A stretch of 58,690 nucleotides of DNA, counting the filler, from Sphacelaria rigidula (lineage: Eukaryota), in assembly GCA_964200075.2 (NCBI GenBank). It is 4 parts of 4 records of this genome, joined end to end, with 100 filler letters (N's around TTAATTAATTAA, not from the genome) between each part and the next. Parts side by side here need not be neighbours in the genome. Positions count along the whole stretch, not along the records: positions 44,097 to 58,690 come from CAXNAA020002155.1; 3 more parts are not named here. One strand, 5' to 3'. The translations under genes and the position numbers were made by a program. The notes beneath the pieces were generated by a model. That model was given only the letters and a program-made list of their open reading frames with translations. It searched no databases and was not told where the DNA came from. Below, in pieces: positions 47,405 to 58,690 of the stretch (its first letter is position 1; each line of letters opens with the position of its first letter).

Positions 47405-47980
47405 AAAAGGCAATTGCCTAGAAAAGGTACACCTTCTCGTTTTCTGCCGAAGAAAGGTACGAAAGCTGACCAGAAATACGAGAACAGCAAAAACGCACAA
47501 TTTATAACGTTTCCACTCCGAATTATGTATATACATCAATCGGGGGCTCCTTGGTACTCGGGCCTCGAAAAAGCACAGAAAAAAAACGTTACTCACGATT
47601 TACGGCTATGCGCAAAGGGACGTCTCGCCTCGATAAGCCACTTCCCCTTTCCAGACCAAATATCCACCCGGTACACTTGATCTAGGAACTTTTTTCCAAT
47701 CGTACCTTATCTGGGCCACCAGCCGGCCGAGAAAGTACCTGTCCTGCGCCATCGCTTGCTACACTGTACCTGATACGACACACTGGCCGTATATCGTGAG
47801 TAACGTTCATTTATGTTTTTTTCGAGGCCCGGGTGTCAAGGAGCGCCCCCGAATGATGTGTGTACATATTTCGGAGCGAAAACGTTCTGAATTGTGCGTT
47901 TTTGCTGTTCTCGCACTTCTGTTCAGTTTTCTCATCTTTCTTGAGCAAAAAACAAGGTATACCTTTTATAGGCAATTATC
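47405..47980. repeat. Foldback element with ~200 bp inverted arms
   Basis: gagaacagcaaaaacgcacaatt..aacgttactcacgat pairs with atcgtgagtaacgtt..aattgtgcgtttttgctgttctc. Confidence 0.85.
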
Positions 47981-48089
47981 CTGAAAAAATGCCAATGCAG
48001 ATGACCCACCCTGGGGTTGACTATAGACAAACCCGAACTAAAACAACGTAGTACAAAAGCTTTATGGTACAACTCAGTGTTTGTTTCAT

Positions 48090-48980
48090 GTCTCCCCCCG
48101 CTGCGTTCCTTCCCTTGTTCGTGAGTATCACAAACGATCAGATTACACCAAACCTTTGGAGAGCGTCCCCTCTTTCTGTCGCCAGCTCTGAAATTAAACT
48201 CTGTAACCTCCGCTTAGGTCATCTGAGTCCTGCATTCATCTTTCGAGTCAAAATCATGTTCATGCACAACAGATTACTCACCCTGAAGGTGCTTGTATTT
48301 GTGTGTGTGTTGTCGTCCCATCTATTCTTGACGCCAGTCCACACCTTTCGGTATATGTGGGCGCACCGGCCAGGGTCACACAGGAGGAAGGTCAACACAG
48401 GAGCTTATTCTTCTTTCATTTGTTTGTAGTGCCCGACCTTACTTCTGCGGTGCTTGCTTTTATTTTTTATCGTGAGAGGGGTTCGACAGTCCATTTCCCT
48501 CGTCGACCGTTAAGTCGAATGTTGTGTACCCACGACATGGTCGCTCTCCACTGTTGGGGATGATGTGAGAAGAAATCCCAGATCGCTCCGAGATTCAAAC
48601 CCACGACCCAACCGTCAGAAGGTTTCGAGGTTACCAACTGAGCCACCAGGGCGACCGGGTCGTATATAGATGGACAAAGCCGACCAACAAAGCACAAACA
48701 GTACAGGACAACGCAGTACAATGCACTACATAACGTAACGGAACAGTGGAGTGGTGTCTCCTCTGTCTCCCCCGCTGCATTCCTTCCCATTGTTCCCATT
48801 ATCTATGACTATCACCATGTACCAGATTACGAGAAACCTGTGGAGAGCGTGAGTTCGTCCTGCCCCCAGCTCCAAAAGCGAACCCTTGGGCCTCCACGGT
48901 GGGTCGCCTGGGCCCCGCATTCATATTTCAAGTCAAATCGTGCCAATTCAGTATGTATGAACACAACACCCAAGGTTTGT
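48090..48980 (+). repeat. Degenerate direct repeat (48090-48295 vs 48765-48980) separated by the SINE
   Basis: tctcccccgctgc.ttccttccc..cagattac..aaacct.tggagagcgt is present in both. Confidence 0.7.
48300..48660 (-). mobile_element. tRNA-derived SINE, apparently full length, with (CA)n tail
   Basis: Minus strand shows A box TGGCTCAGTTGG (48634-48645), B box GGTTTGAATCTC (48590-48601), a ~250 bp body and an acacacacaca tail. Confidence 0.88.
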
Positions 48981-49459
48981 CGCAGCGCAGGGATGATGTG
49001 CATACGGCAGTCCACATGTGGCGGTAGAGATGGAATCTGCATAACGAAGACACGGAAGAGCACAGGGCAGTCACCATGATGTTGTCTGTTCCAGTACACG
49101 CTACGCTCTCCAACGTGGGTCCCCTGAGCGGCTGGGTATAAAATCGGCAACGCTTCTCTGTTCATAATTTTCGGAAGTGCATTTTACCTTGGCACACTTG
49201 TAGTCACGGGAACAAAGTTACTCAAATTCTGACCTGTCCTCTTATTTTTTCTCGTCCCCGTCCCGTCTGCTTTGTTTCATTTCATTTGCTTTTGTTGAGG
49301 ACGGTACGTCTCGTTCAGGAGAGTAGATCGATAGGTCGGGTAATCACATGTGTTCTCGTCGGCCACGAGTGCAGTTTAAGTGCAGTTTTTTGCGTTTGTG
49401 TGCTCCAAATCACGCAAATCACAAGTCATGTCTCGACAAACTCGCTTTCCGGAACGTTC

Positions 49460-49597
49460 CACACCCTGGACAAAATATTATATTGTCAAAAAATGTACTG
49501 CGTACAGTATGGAATCTATTGTCGATTGCAATAGGCGCAATAGTCGATACTGTACGCAGTACACTTTTTGACTGTGTATTCTATTGTCCAGGGTGTG
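49460..49597. mobile_element. 138 bp MITE with 8-bp TSD (hAT-like)
   Basis: gaacgttc|cacaccctggacaa ... ttgtccagggtgtg|gaacgttc. Confidence 0.88.
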
Positions 49598-50388
49598 GAA
49601 CGTTCTGCGCTCGGCACACTAGACGGCAAGAACTTCATTTTTTCCTGCAGAGTTTCAGGGAACGCTTTCAGAGAAAAGTGGAAGAGGCGTTTGTGCAGAC
49701 ATGCATATCAGGGGTGTGGCGGTGTATGTGGCGTTGGAGCAGGGAGGGCGGCGCTTGAACGCACGATTTGCTCATGCTAAGGATGTATAATTGTTTTAAA
49801 TCAAGTATATCCACATGGAAAAAGGAAACGAGGATAAGTTGTCTACGATCGGAAGAATGTTGTCGAACAGCCCGGACACTTATCGGAGGCTAACACCCCC
49901 CGTGATTCGCACCCCAACCTATACCATCACCCGGGGCGAGTGGAGGGAAGGATAGCTCGGTTTTCTCCCACACACAGGACCCCGCGCACCCCGCACTGCT
50001 GCGACAAGATAAATCCTGCTCATCGCAAGATCTCGAGGACATATTTTTCAACGATGAACCCTTTGTTGACGCCGCCGTCGCATTTCACCAGGAAAATGAA
50101 GTCGAGATCTTTCCCTCCTTAGACGATGCACTCCGTGACGTACCGCAGTGTTTTGTTGCAGATCAATCGGTTGTTTGATCACCATTGTTTCCGCACATGA
50201 GCCCGATCTCTCGAACCCGTGGCTACAGACGTAGGCTCGTCTTTCCAATACCCTCCCTTCTATTCCTCAGAGGGGATAGAGTCCTCATCATTTCTTCTGA
50301 AACTCCAGAAAAAAAAACAAGACGTGACAAATAAAATAACACCAAATTAAAACTAGAAGAGATACGTCAAGTAAACAGAAGAGAAATG

Positions 50389-50529
50389 CACAACTCAGGA
50401 CAGTAGAATACACTGTCAAAAACTGTACTGTGTACAGTATCGACTACTGCGCCTATTGCAGCAGACAATAGATTTCATACATTACGCAGTATATGTATTT
50501 TTACAATATAATCTGTTGTCCAGGTTGTG
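50389..50529. mobile_element. Second, inverted copy of the 138 bp MITE
   Basis: gagaaatg|cacaactcaggaca ... tgtccaggttgtg|gagaaaaa. The interior is the reverse complement of 49460-49597. Confidence 0.82.
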
Positions 50530-50861
50530 GAGAAAAAGCTTCCCCCGAGTTCATCGGGGTGAGGTGAAAACAAACCCTTCGGATATGCTATTAAAGAATA
50601 GAGAGGGATAAAGGGGAATAGAAGAGGAAAGAACGCAGAAAAGACAAGAGGGATTAGAACGACCAACAAGCGAGGATACACTCGACAATTCCAGGCACCC
50701 CGTAGACAAATACCAAAGCTGTTCGGAAAACGGCAGATGCGCAAGCAAATGTAGTACGCGACAGTCCACTGGTCACGTTCCAGAGGTGGTCGATAGGCAC
50801 TGAGGGACCTCTAGCGGTAGCGCAGCAAACAATTCCTTAGTATGGCGTGATTTGGTCCAAA

Positions 50862-51135
50862 CTGATTGATCGCACATTAACTGATTCGCCGCGAATCCAG
50901 CGTCGGTCTCGAGAAGGGCGTTACTATCGGAGGTATATTAGTTGAAACACTCTGAGGAGAAATTCGTGAAGAGGGAAAGATAAAAGAGAAAAAAAATGAG
51001 CAGACGAACGGGCCAAACCAAAAAGAAAGAAAAAAAAAGAGGAGCGGAAAAGGAATGGACAAGAAAAGAAGAAGAGAAAAGAAGAGGGGAATGCGAGAAC
51101 GAAGAACAATAATAAAAAAACTCTTGGCCAACATC
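50862..51135 (-). mobile_element. Divergent RTE-like LINE 3' UTR fragment
   Basis: tgattgatcgcacattaactga..tccagcgtcggtctc resembles the 26917 terminus, followed by an A-rich tract. Confidence 0.5.
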
Positions 51136-51959
51136 TAGCTAGGAATAGTACCGATTTTCGAGAAAAATCTCCGATGGGGCCCGTGCCGCATCGCTTCACG
51201 TTGGGAGACCGTACCGGGCAAAAGATTGAAACCAAAACTAAGCAGGAAAAAAAACGAGTAGTACCTGTCAAGGAGACACTGTTACCGCATAACTATCCAG
51301 TATCTGACACTGCCGTATGGGCGATATAACACTTGTCATGCATGTTATTTGGTGGGGCTCAAGCGTGGGAACGCTTAGTGCTGCCACAGCATCGCTGGTG
51401 GTATGTTCAGCGTGTCACAGCAGATAATCCGGCGCCCCCATCTCCTCGCCTGGCCTGTACAGGGGGCGAGCCAACATTCTACAGAGTTGCGAGATATGAT
51501 ACTGGATTCACTATCAACATACTATTTTGAAGGGTGCTGGGATACACCCATTAACCTCGTGAGCGTATCATTTCGAACGGTGCTGCGATTTATACCCTTC
51601 CACCTCTCGAACAAAGTACCTGCTCTTCCGACACGAATTCAGCCTGCCGCAGGTACGGGTGCCTGTTTCACCCCGTAACGTGGCCAATACCACTTCGCTT
51701 GTGGGAAAATATCTTGTTTTTTCTTTTCACCCGTATGATGGGGTCATGGGTCACCCTACATTTTTTAACCTTATATCGACTGGGAGTTCTTTCGAAGGAC
51801 TTTCCAACGCAGATAAAATTATGTGTGCATTCTAGGGTCGAGGGCTACAATAAGAACACGTGAGGAAACTGTTTCGGAAAAACAAGGTAACGTTTTTTTG
51901 CTCCTTTCTCGACACCAACTACGACCGCACACTTGAAACCGGCGTCAGCGCGAGGGGAC

Positions 51960-52280
51960 CTGAAGAAATATATTGGTACACAACGGTTGATGGGAAATTT
52001 CATGAAATGTTAAAAAGTACCTTCAACACGGACCCTAACCCTAACCCCGACCCAAGGAGCACGAGACCCTCGGGCAAAGGGGGTGCATAGATTCCCCTAG
52101 GCAAAGTGTGCGTTGGCACACCTTTAATCGTCGCGGCAGGCGCCGATTTCGACAAAGACACGTTCTGGACAAGCTGGGTCCACTGCTCACCTGCCCCAAA
52201 CCATGCATTTTCTCAGAACTTTATCCCGCCTAAAATCAGGTAGCCATCCCTGTCAACCATTTTGTACGAACATTTCTTGA
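51960..52280 (+). repeat. IR-bounded module with interstitial (CCCTAA)n, copy 2
   Basis: Collinear with 45050-45365, with ccctaaccctaacc at 52033. Confidence 0.8.
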
Positions 52281-52599
52281 AGTCGACTGATCAGAGCACA
52301 GCCCGTGAGCAGAGCTTCCGATCCATACCTGGCGCGTGCTGTACTTCTTTACCCCACGCGATCTACAAACCAAAGAACATGGCGTGTCGGTTGTGCTTGG
52401 TTGTAATCATTTACTCTTGTGTTTTTTATGCAAGCGCCGTTCCTGCTGTAGACTCGGCACAACGCGCTTTGCACGCATGCCGTATGGTGAAGTCCTGGTC
52501 CAACACACAAGAACGTTGTCGTGAGATTGAGAATCTAGGACACGATTGAGACGGAGAAGTGGTGAATTAATGAATGAAATAGTTTTCAGTTCGGAAATG

Positions 52600-52930
52600 C
52601 TCCCCTCGGGCCCTCCACGAGGCCCGGTACGCTTTCTGCAGTAGCTTGCCGCTGAAGCCTTTGATATCCCTGAGTAGGATATCGACGTGTAGCTGTGAGC
52701 ACAAGCACACGAAAATGTTGTTTGGGGCTATATGCATGCTGTTGTTTTCATTGTTGTCGCCGCTTTTTTTCTTTTTTCTTTTTCCTTCTATGGCTGTTGC
52801 TTCTGTCTTTTTCTGCTTCTTGCTTTCTTTTTTTTCTGTTTTCTTTTTTCTTTTTCTGCTGCTCCTGACCACGGTCTCGATTGTTGTAATCAGCTCCTGT
52901 GAGATACTCAATCAATCAATCAATCAATCA
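52600..52930 (+). mobile_element. Non-LTR retroelement 3' end with (CAAT)5 tail
   Basis: T-rich UTR-like tract ending tcaatcaatcaatcaatcaatca. Confidence 0.55.
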
Positions 52931-53026
52931 GTGCACAGATGAACGTTCCAATACTTGGAGAAATAATGACGTCAACGACAACAACATTTTGTTTGTCCAA
53001 AACCTTGCAACACCCGGCAGGTGTAC

Positions 53027-53110
53027 GCGCAACGGAATCAAGTCCCGAAGCACCGCGACAAGATAACGCTGGAGAAGATCATAAAAAACATGGAAACGTT
53101 CCTCGGCGAC
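53027..53110 (-). CDS. Weak candidate exon (VAEERFHVFYDLLQRYLVAVLRDLIPLR)
   Basis: cttgcag| acceptor, protein-like open frame, donor ambiguous. A similar candidate starts at 54103 (MKTFLGLTVV..). Confidence 0.25.
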
Positions 53111-54203
53111 CTGCAAGCCCTCATCAAAAATCTACCTCCAAAAGCGGTAAGCTAGCTTGTAGTTTACTCGACAGTTGGTTCAGAGTCCTCTGGACAGCGA
53201 TCTGGTTTGTCGTGCGTCATGGAGCTCATCCAACTCGTGACCCCCCTCCCCCCCTCCCCCCCCCCGCCCCGTGTAATCATGCATACCCAATTTTTATCTG
53301 TAACGTTTCACCAGCATGGCCTGTCCACTACACCCCAAAATCAGGATGTTTTGATGTAAAGTGTTGAGTCGCAGCGACAATTTCTACAATTAAGTAAAAA
53401 ATTGAAGGCCTTTGCATTCGACGAGAAATTGAGGCTGAGTCTGATTTTCGTTTTCTTGAGAGCGGGTGCGGCTACTGCGTTGCAAGTAGGTTTCGGAGTG
53501 TATGCGAAGAGAGGTTTCTTTGCAGTGTGCAATCTTTGAGTTTCAGATGATGTACCATCCTGTCATCGTCCGTGAGCATGCTTGCAAAGCACTTTCACGC
53601 AAGGTAATAGTTATGCCATTACAGCAGTACCGCCACGCCCCGGTGATTTGAAGAGGTGTTTGGTCGGCGCTTTTGGGCGGAGTAGAAGTTGCGTGGGTTA
53701 CAATCCCGACCGAAATGGATTTGCTGTAGTCGTGACCATCCTGTGAGGCCTCAGAAGGTGAGTTCAACCAAAAACAAAAGTTCGATGAAAGTCGACGAAG
53801 CTCTACAGTGCTGGTCCAGATACTCGATTTTGAAATTGCAAGGCGGTGGGTGTAAGCTACCGAGGATAGTCCCAAGAAAAGGGGGGGGGTGGAATTCAAG
53901 TGTGACAAGAGTCAGAAAGAGAACCGTGGCGGTAGAGCCTCAAGAGGGTGGTGCCTAGTAAAGCGGTTCAGCAGTGATGCGGATATTTTTCGATTTATTT
54001 CTTGCTCCGCAAGGGTTCGCACATCCCTGAGTTCCTGCACCGCCTCCAATTTCTTGTGTAGAAGATCCGTAGTTACGACCGTCAACCCGAGGAAGGTTTT
54101 CATCTGAGTCTATTATTGTAGAGACCAACCACTCCACTACGGGCTGACCAAGGACAGGGTTTTATTCACCTTTTTATTTCGAAATCAAAGATGCACCGTC
54201 ACT

Positions 54204-54530
54204 TTGATTGATTGTCGCACTTCAACTGACCCCCCAGGGGTCCAGCCGTGGTGTCATGATAGACGTACTCAAGAGAAACGGAATTCAAACATGCTCTAAG
54301 GAAAAAAAAAAGGAACAGAAAACAAGAGGAACAGGAAAAAAAAACGAGGGAGGGGGGGGTCGAACAGAACGACATAGCAGAGTAAGTCGTTACAAAAAAA
54401 AGTAATGAAAATTCAACACAAGCAAAGCGCAGAAAGAAATGGCCGACCTAAAGCAAGAAAGAGGAAAACAAGAGGGAAGTACAAATAAAATAAAATAAAA
54501 ACAATGGAACGATGGGGAAAAAAAAACTGT
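54204..54530 (-). mobile_element. RTE-type LINE 3' UTR fragment
   Basis: ttgattgattgtcgcacttcaactgaccccccaggggtccagccgtgg matches 26917 and 4666. Confidence 0.82.
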
Positions 54531-54730
54531 ACTGCGTTACGTTGTACTGAATGCCCCTCATGCAACCAGCTACCGCACGGAGTAGGCCACGGAGTTTTAT
54601 TTTTATCACCCAGGGCCGCGAGAAAATCCGATGTCTTTTCTTTTGTTTGGTCATGAAAACTGTCCGTCAGCCACACTGCCGAAACTTTTGTAGTTGTCAT
54701 CAAAGTCTGTCAGTAATGTCAAGTCTAAAG

Positions 54731-54969
54731 AAAAATCTCCGTCTGCGCGCCCCTCTAATGAAGTGAAGGACAACGTCAAATCTCACGTTCAACACAGTCG
54801 CCCCTCTGCTATCCCAGCATACATGTGGGAGAAATGTACCCACGCAGAACAAGCCGCATATTGGAACGAGTTACTTGCCCAGACCAGAGTCAGATCTGCA
54901 GAGGGGCGACTGTGTTGAAAATGATATTTGACCGTCTCTCACTTTCTTAAGGGGCAGACGGAGATTTTT
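54731..54969. repeat. ~240 nt imperfect hairpin with a 22-bp perfect core
   Basis: ttcaacacagtcgcccctctgc (54788-54809) pairs with gcagaggggcgactgtgttgaa (54898-54919). aaaaatctccgtctgc pairs with gcagacggagattttt. Confidence 0.85.
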
Positions 54970-55973
54970 CCGTCGTGCGAGCAGTATCTAGGGTGACAGT
55001 GGCTGAGGTCCCCACAGTAGCAGAGCCAACGGGGGCAGTTGCTGACTGGGGAATATTGGCAGAGATATGGTCACCACTCCTGGTGGTGTCCGTGAACATA
55101 TTGAGGCCATCTGTGGTAGCAGCGGTGGCGGCATGCAGGGGTAGATCAATTCCCCCGTGCATGTCGATCACCGCCTCTGTGGGAAACAGTACCCGGATTA
55201 AGGGTGTCGAGATCAGCTTCCTCTTCATTGTTCTCCACCAATCGATCATGAGCGTTAATGTCCAAACTAGTAACTGATTCACCGCTTCCCGAGGAGCGCG
55301 AGCCGTGTTCGATCCAAGCAGGAGAAGCCGGTGAACTGTCGATGTCAGACATGGTTTGCATACCTGCGCCATTGCGCGACACAGACATTTTAGATATCAG
55401 GAGGCTGATGAGTGATCGGGGCGTTGTGTTGTCGAACAGAGGGGGAGTTCATGTGACCACCCGGGTGCGAAGGAGTGGACAGGGGCGGCGATTCACCCCG
55501 AAAACATACCCCAGACTTGGCTACAACTACATCGTGGGATCGTACCTGTGAACCTGCCGTCCAGACTGGGTACCACGACACGGGCTGTATTATTACTGTA
55601 GAGGGGAAAGGGCGCGGCACAGAAGTATCATGTACTACAGATGTGGCAACATGCAAAGTGTACAGAGCGGTTGGGTGCACGAGGGTGCCGCAAAAACCCG
55701 TCGGAGCGCAAGTGCGGGCGGGTGTAGACGCGGTGTAATCGTCTACAGACAGACTGGGAAAACTCGAAATCACGGAATGGTAATCGAGCTTGTGTGCGTG
55801 AGGTGCCACGCCAGATACATGGGGATTCGCGTACGAAACGGCGTCGAGTCGGGCAACAAAACGTGGTATGTTGGGGTGTGGGGCCAACCCACGTGGAAAA
55901 AAGGGGTGTGGGGGGAGGGAGGAATCTCGTTTGATACGACACAGAACGTTGTTGTGGTTGTTTTAACCTTTAA

Positions 55974-56334
55974 CCCTTTTGGAACTTACAATGGAGAATT
56001 GATCATTTGGAAGTGACGGTTTTTGAACAGGATATGGTTGATGGTTCACAGCTTAGACGCAACAAAATACGCCCGACGCGTATTTTCAGACCCGTGCGAG
56101 TGACAAGTGGTTTTGCTGATTTTTGTCGATGGATACAATTGGACACACTTCATCCGTTGCGTGGTATGATTGGACAAACCTTACCCGACCGCCTCAGGGG
56201 GGACATTCTTCTTCGGTCTTCCATCATGAAAATAGTTGCCGTCGGCGTTTTCTGTTCCCATCTGTTCCTCTCGGCCGGGACTTCTCATAATAAGGTGTTT
56301 GGCCAGGGGACAGGAGGGGAGGGTTCCAAAAGGG
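55974..56334. mobile_element. 361 bp piggyBac-like non-autonomous element
   Basis: TTAA|cccttttggaac ... gttccaaaaggg|TTAA, perfect 12-bp TIR and TSD. Confidence 0.9.
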
Positions 56335-57115
56335 TTAAGTACACCACCGTAGAGGAACACGAAAGTATCTACCTGCTTGTGCAACGGCTGCATTACCGGG
56401 GTTGGAGCGGTCACGCGCATGCGGTGCAGTATGAAGTGTAACCACACGCGTGTGCTCACGGCAGAGGCGACGCAGTGTGCGTGCATCGATGTTGAGGCTG
56501 AGGTCACAAGACACAGCACTACTCACCCCAGAAGTCTGTAGACGATCCGACGAAGGGAGCCGAGCCCAGCAGTCCGGACAACAATAAACGAGTACTGGGG
56601 TCTGCCTGCGTGTGCAGTCAACAACAAGCTGGCCGTACAAGACAGAACTAATTCAGCCAGCGTATACGTCGAGTAAACAAACAAACTGGCTTCACGCCAG
56701 TCCAGAGCACCAGATATAACAGCAATTCAAGCAAGCAATGCAGAGATGGGGCCCAGCGTGCGAAGCCCCATGTGTGAAGTGAAAAGAAAGATTGTCACTG
56801 TAGCTGCTCAGAGGCAGCAGAGTGATATCTTAACCCAAGATGAAGCCTTATCTGATGCGAGCAAGCGAGTTGTGTGCCAAGGTTTCATCTATCAACTCTC
56901 CGGAAGATGCAGGTGCAGAGTTGAATCAACTTATGATAACACCCAAGGCTATGACTTACTCTTGCGGACGTGACCGCCGGAAGCAAGTAGCAGCTGGACT
57001 TGTAGCCGATGTGTCAAACCCTCGAAGATGCGTGTGATTGGCTTCTATCGTGATGCTCCAAACAACAAGCCGGCATATCAAGTGATGAGATGTGCATTCA
57101 TCAAATGTACATGTA

Positions 57116-57685
57116 CTTACTCTGCCCCATAAGTCTGGTCGGTTATGTTTTTACGATCCCCTAACAGTGTCCGATTTGATTTTCGATTTTTTTATTGCAT
57201 TCGTTGGCGTTTTTATAGCTAGAAGCAACACTCTTTCTACAACGTGGGTGCTCAACGTGTGCAGTCTCGTGGTCGAGAAAAAGTAGGTCGGCTAAAAAAC
57301 GGCAATTTTTCGCTCTTTTTCCCAGTAAGTATGGGGGATCCGGGAACATGAAAAGTCGCGAAAAACCGTGAAAAAACCGTGAAAATCGCAAAAGAACCAT
57401 TGCCTTTGGATATTTCCGTGACATTAACTTACGCACGCCCCATCAAACATATTCTCAGCATGTAATCGCTAGTGTTTGACGTGAAACGTCCAAAATTGGT
57501 CAATATTGGGGTATTTTGACGTCATTTTAGAATGGATCACTAAATTTTCATTTATTTATTATTTTTGCATCAACTTCGTGGGCGTTTCATCTTTCCTACG
57601 AACCCAACTGTGGGATGATCGGAAGAGTTTGAATGCGCAAACGATTAAAAGCCCATAACCGACCAGACTTATGGGACTGAGGAAG
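57116..57685. mobile_element. 570 bp Stowaway-like MITE related to the mariner at 19476-20493
   Basis: TA|cttactctgccccataagtctggtcggttatg ... cataaccgaccagacttatgggactgaggaag|TA. Confidence 0.85.
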
Positions 57686-58369
57686 TATCTCAACGAGACT
57701 TCATGATTATGAATATCGAGTCACCACACACAATCTACGCAAGCACAATACTTCGAGTTCAACTTGTATCAGTCCACTTCATCCAACACGATAGCAAACA
57801 CCGACGTACTCGTTTTCCAAACGTTACAACTGACCAACAGTTGATCCGACAGGCGCTCAATTATTCGCCTAATATGTACACTGCTCGTACCCGCTGGTCA
57901 TACCAGAAACAACTGAATTCCAGATCACATCAAAGTAAGCGGAAATCTCGCAATAGTGCGAGGTATTTTTTTCCGAAGAAAATGGGGCATACTGTACTTA
58001 TTTTTTTCTTTTTTCATTTTTTTGGTCATCATATTACCGCGGGTGATGCAGCTCCGTAGCCTACGTAAGATTATTGTTTTTCACTCGATGGATCACATAT
58101 AGACGTGATTTTCGCCCATGCTGCTGTTGGTGTCGGTGTTGGTGTGTGCGTGTCGGGAATACGTTTTTCAACTTGTACAGTTTTCTGAGAAGCTCTCCCA
58201 CAAGAATAGAGCGGTGACCGAAATATTTTGTGATGTCGCATACGATTGTTTGCTGAATTTTCATACCGTGTACACGAAGCCTACGACCAGCCGTTTGCTT
58301 CCTTGTCCGTTCTCCTGACGCATTTTTTCCCTGGTGTTTGTGGGCGTTTGGTGGGCAGAGCAGATTATC

Positions 58370-58690
58370 GATTGATCGATTGATTGTCTCACACCGACCG
58401 ACTCGCTACAAATTCAGATGGAGTCACAAAGGTATGAGTTCCCACACGGCAAAGTAGTTTCCGAGCGTTATCACCCCGCAATTGCGTTAGCCCACATGAG
58501 CTTACATTCACTGGTCGTGGACCGGACTAAAACTGGGGAAAGCGCCTCGTGTATGCCGTGTCGTTTCCTCCGGGTGTTTTTTGGTTTCCAAGGTAGGTTC
58601 GTTTGTCGCGGTTTGGCTATGAAATACGATGATTGAACACGCTTTGCTTACTACTAAGCCTAATCCAAGCGCCACCGGGAGGGGGGGGGG
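58370..58690 (-). mobile_element. Probable non-LTR retroelement 3' end with CAAT-type tail
   Basis: gattgatcgattgattgtctcacac resembles the RTE termini found elsewhere in the window. Confidence 0.4.

Noticed and set aside
48585..48660. Functional tRNA gene
   Set aside because: A and B boxes are present but I see no convincing acceptor stem, and the sequence continues into a SINE body and (CA)n tail.

Overview
Repeat-dominated eukaryotic DNA. The splice style, RTE LINEs, a tRNA-derived SINE and the Ty3 type suggest a brown alga or related stramenopile (inference). The window is not one locus. It holds four contigs of 14601, 14600, 14595 and 14594 bp joined by identical 100-bp N44-TTAATTAATTAA-N44 spacers, so nothing can be inferred across the gaps. 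Contig 1 carries three copies of a ~2-kb Helitron-like composite repeat, many MITE and foldback elements, and a few candidate minus-strand exons. Contig 2 carries a minus-strand multi-exon gene resembling an M12B/reprolysin-like zinc metallopeptidase whose HExxH exon looks degenerate or is absent. It also has an internally deleted Stowaway-ended mariner and a 5'-truncated RTE LINE. Contig 3 is mostly a decayed Ty3/Gypsy element (gag-PR-IN, RT/RNase H deleted, chromo plus Tudor-like C-terminus) with nested insertions. Contig 4 holds a SINE, hAT-, piggyBac- and mariner-type MITEs, LINE 3' ends and an unexplained ~240-nt hairpin. I saw no prokaryotic system, CRISPR array, rRNA or intact tRNA. All calls were made by eye, and repeat boundaries without a TSD are approximate.
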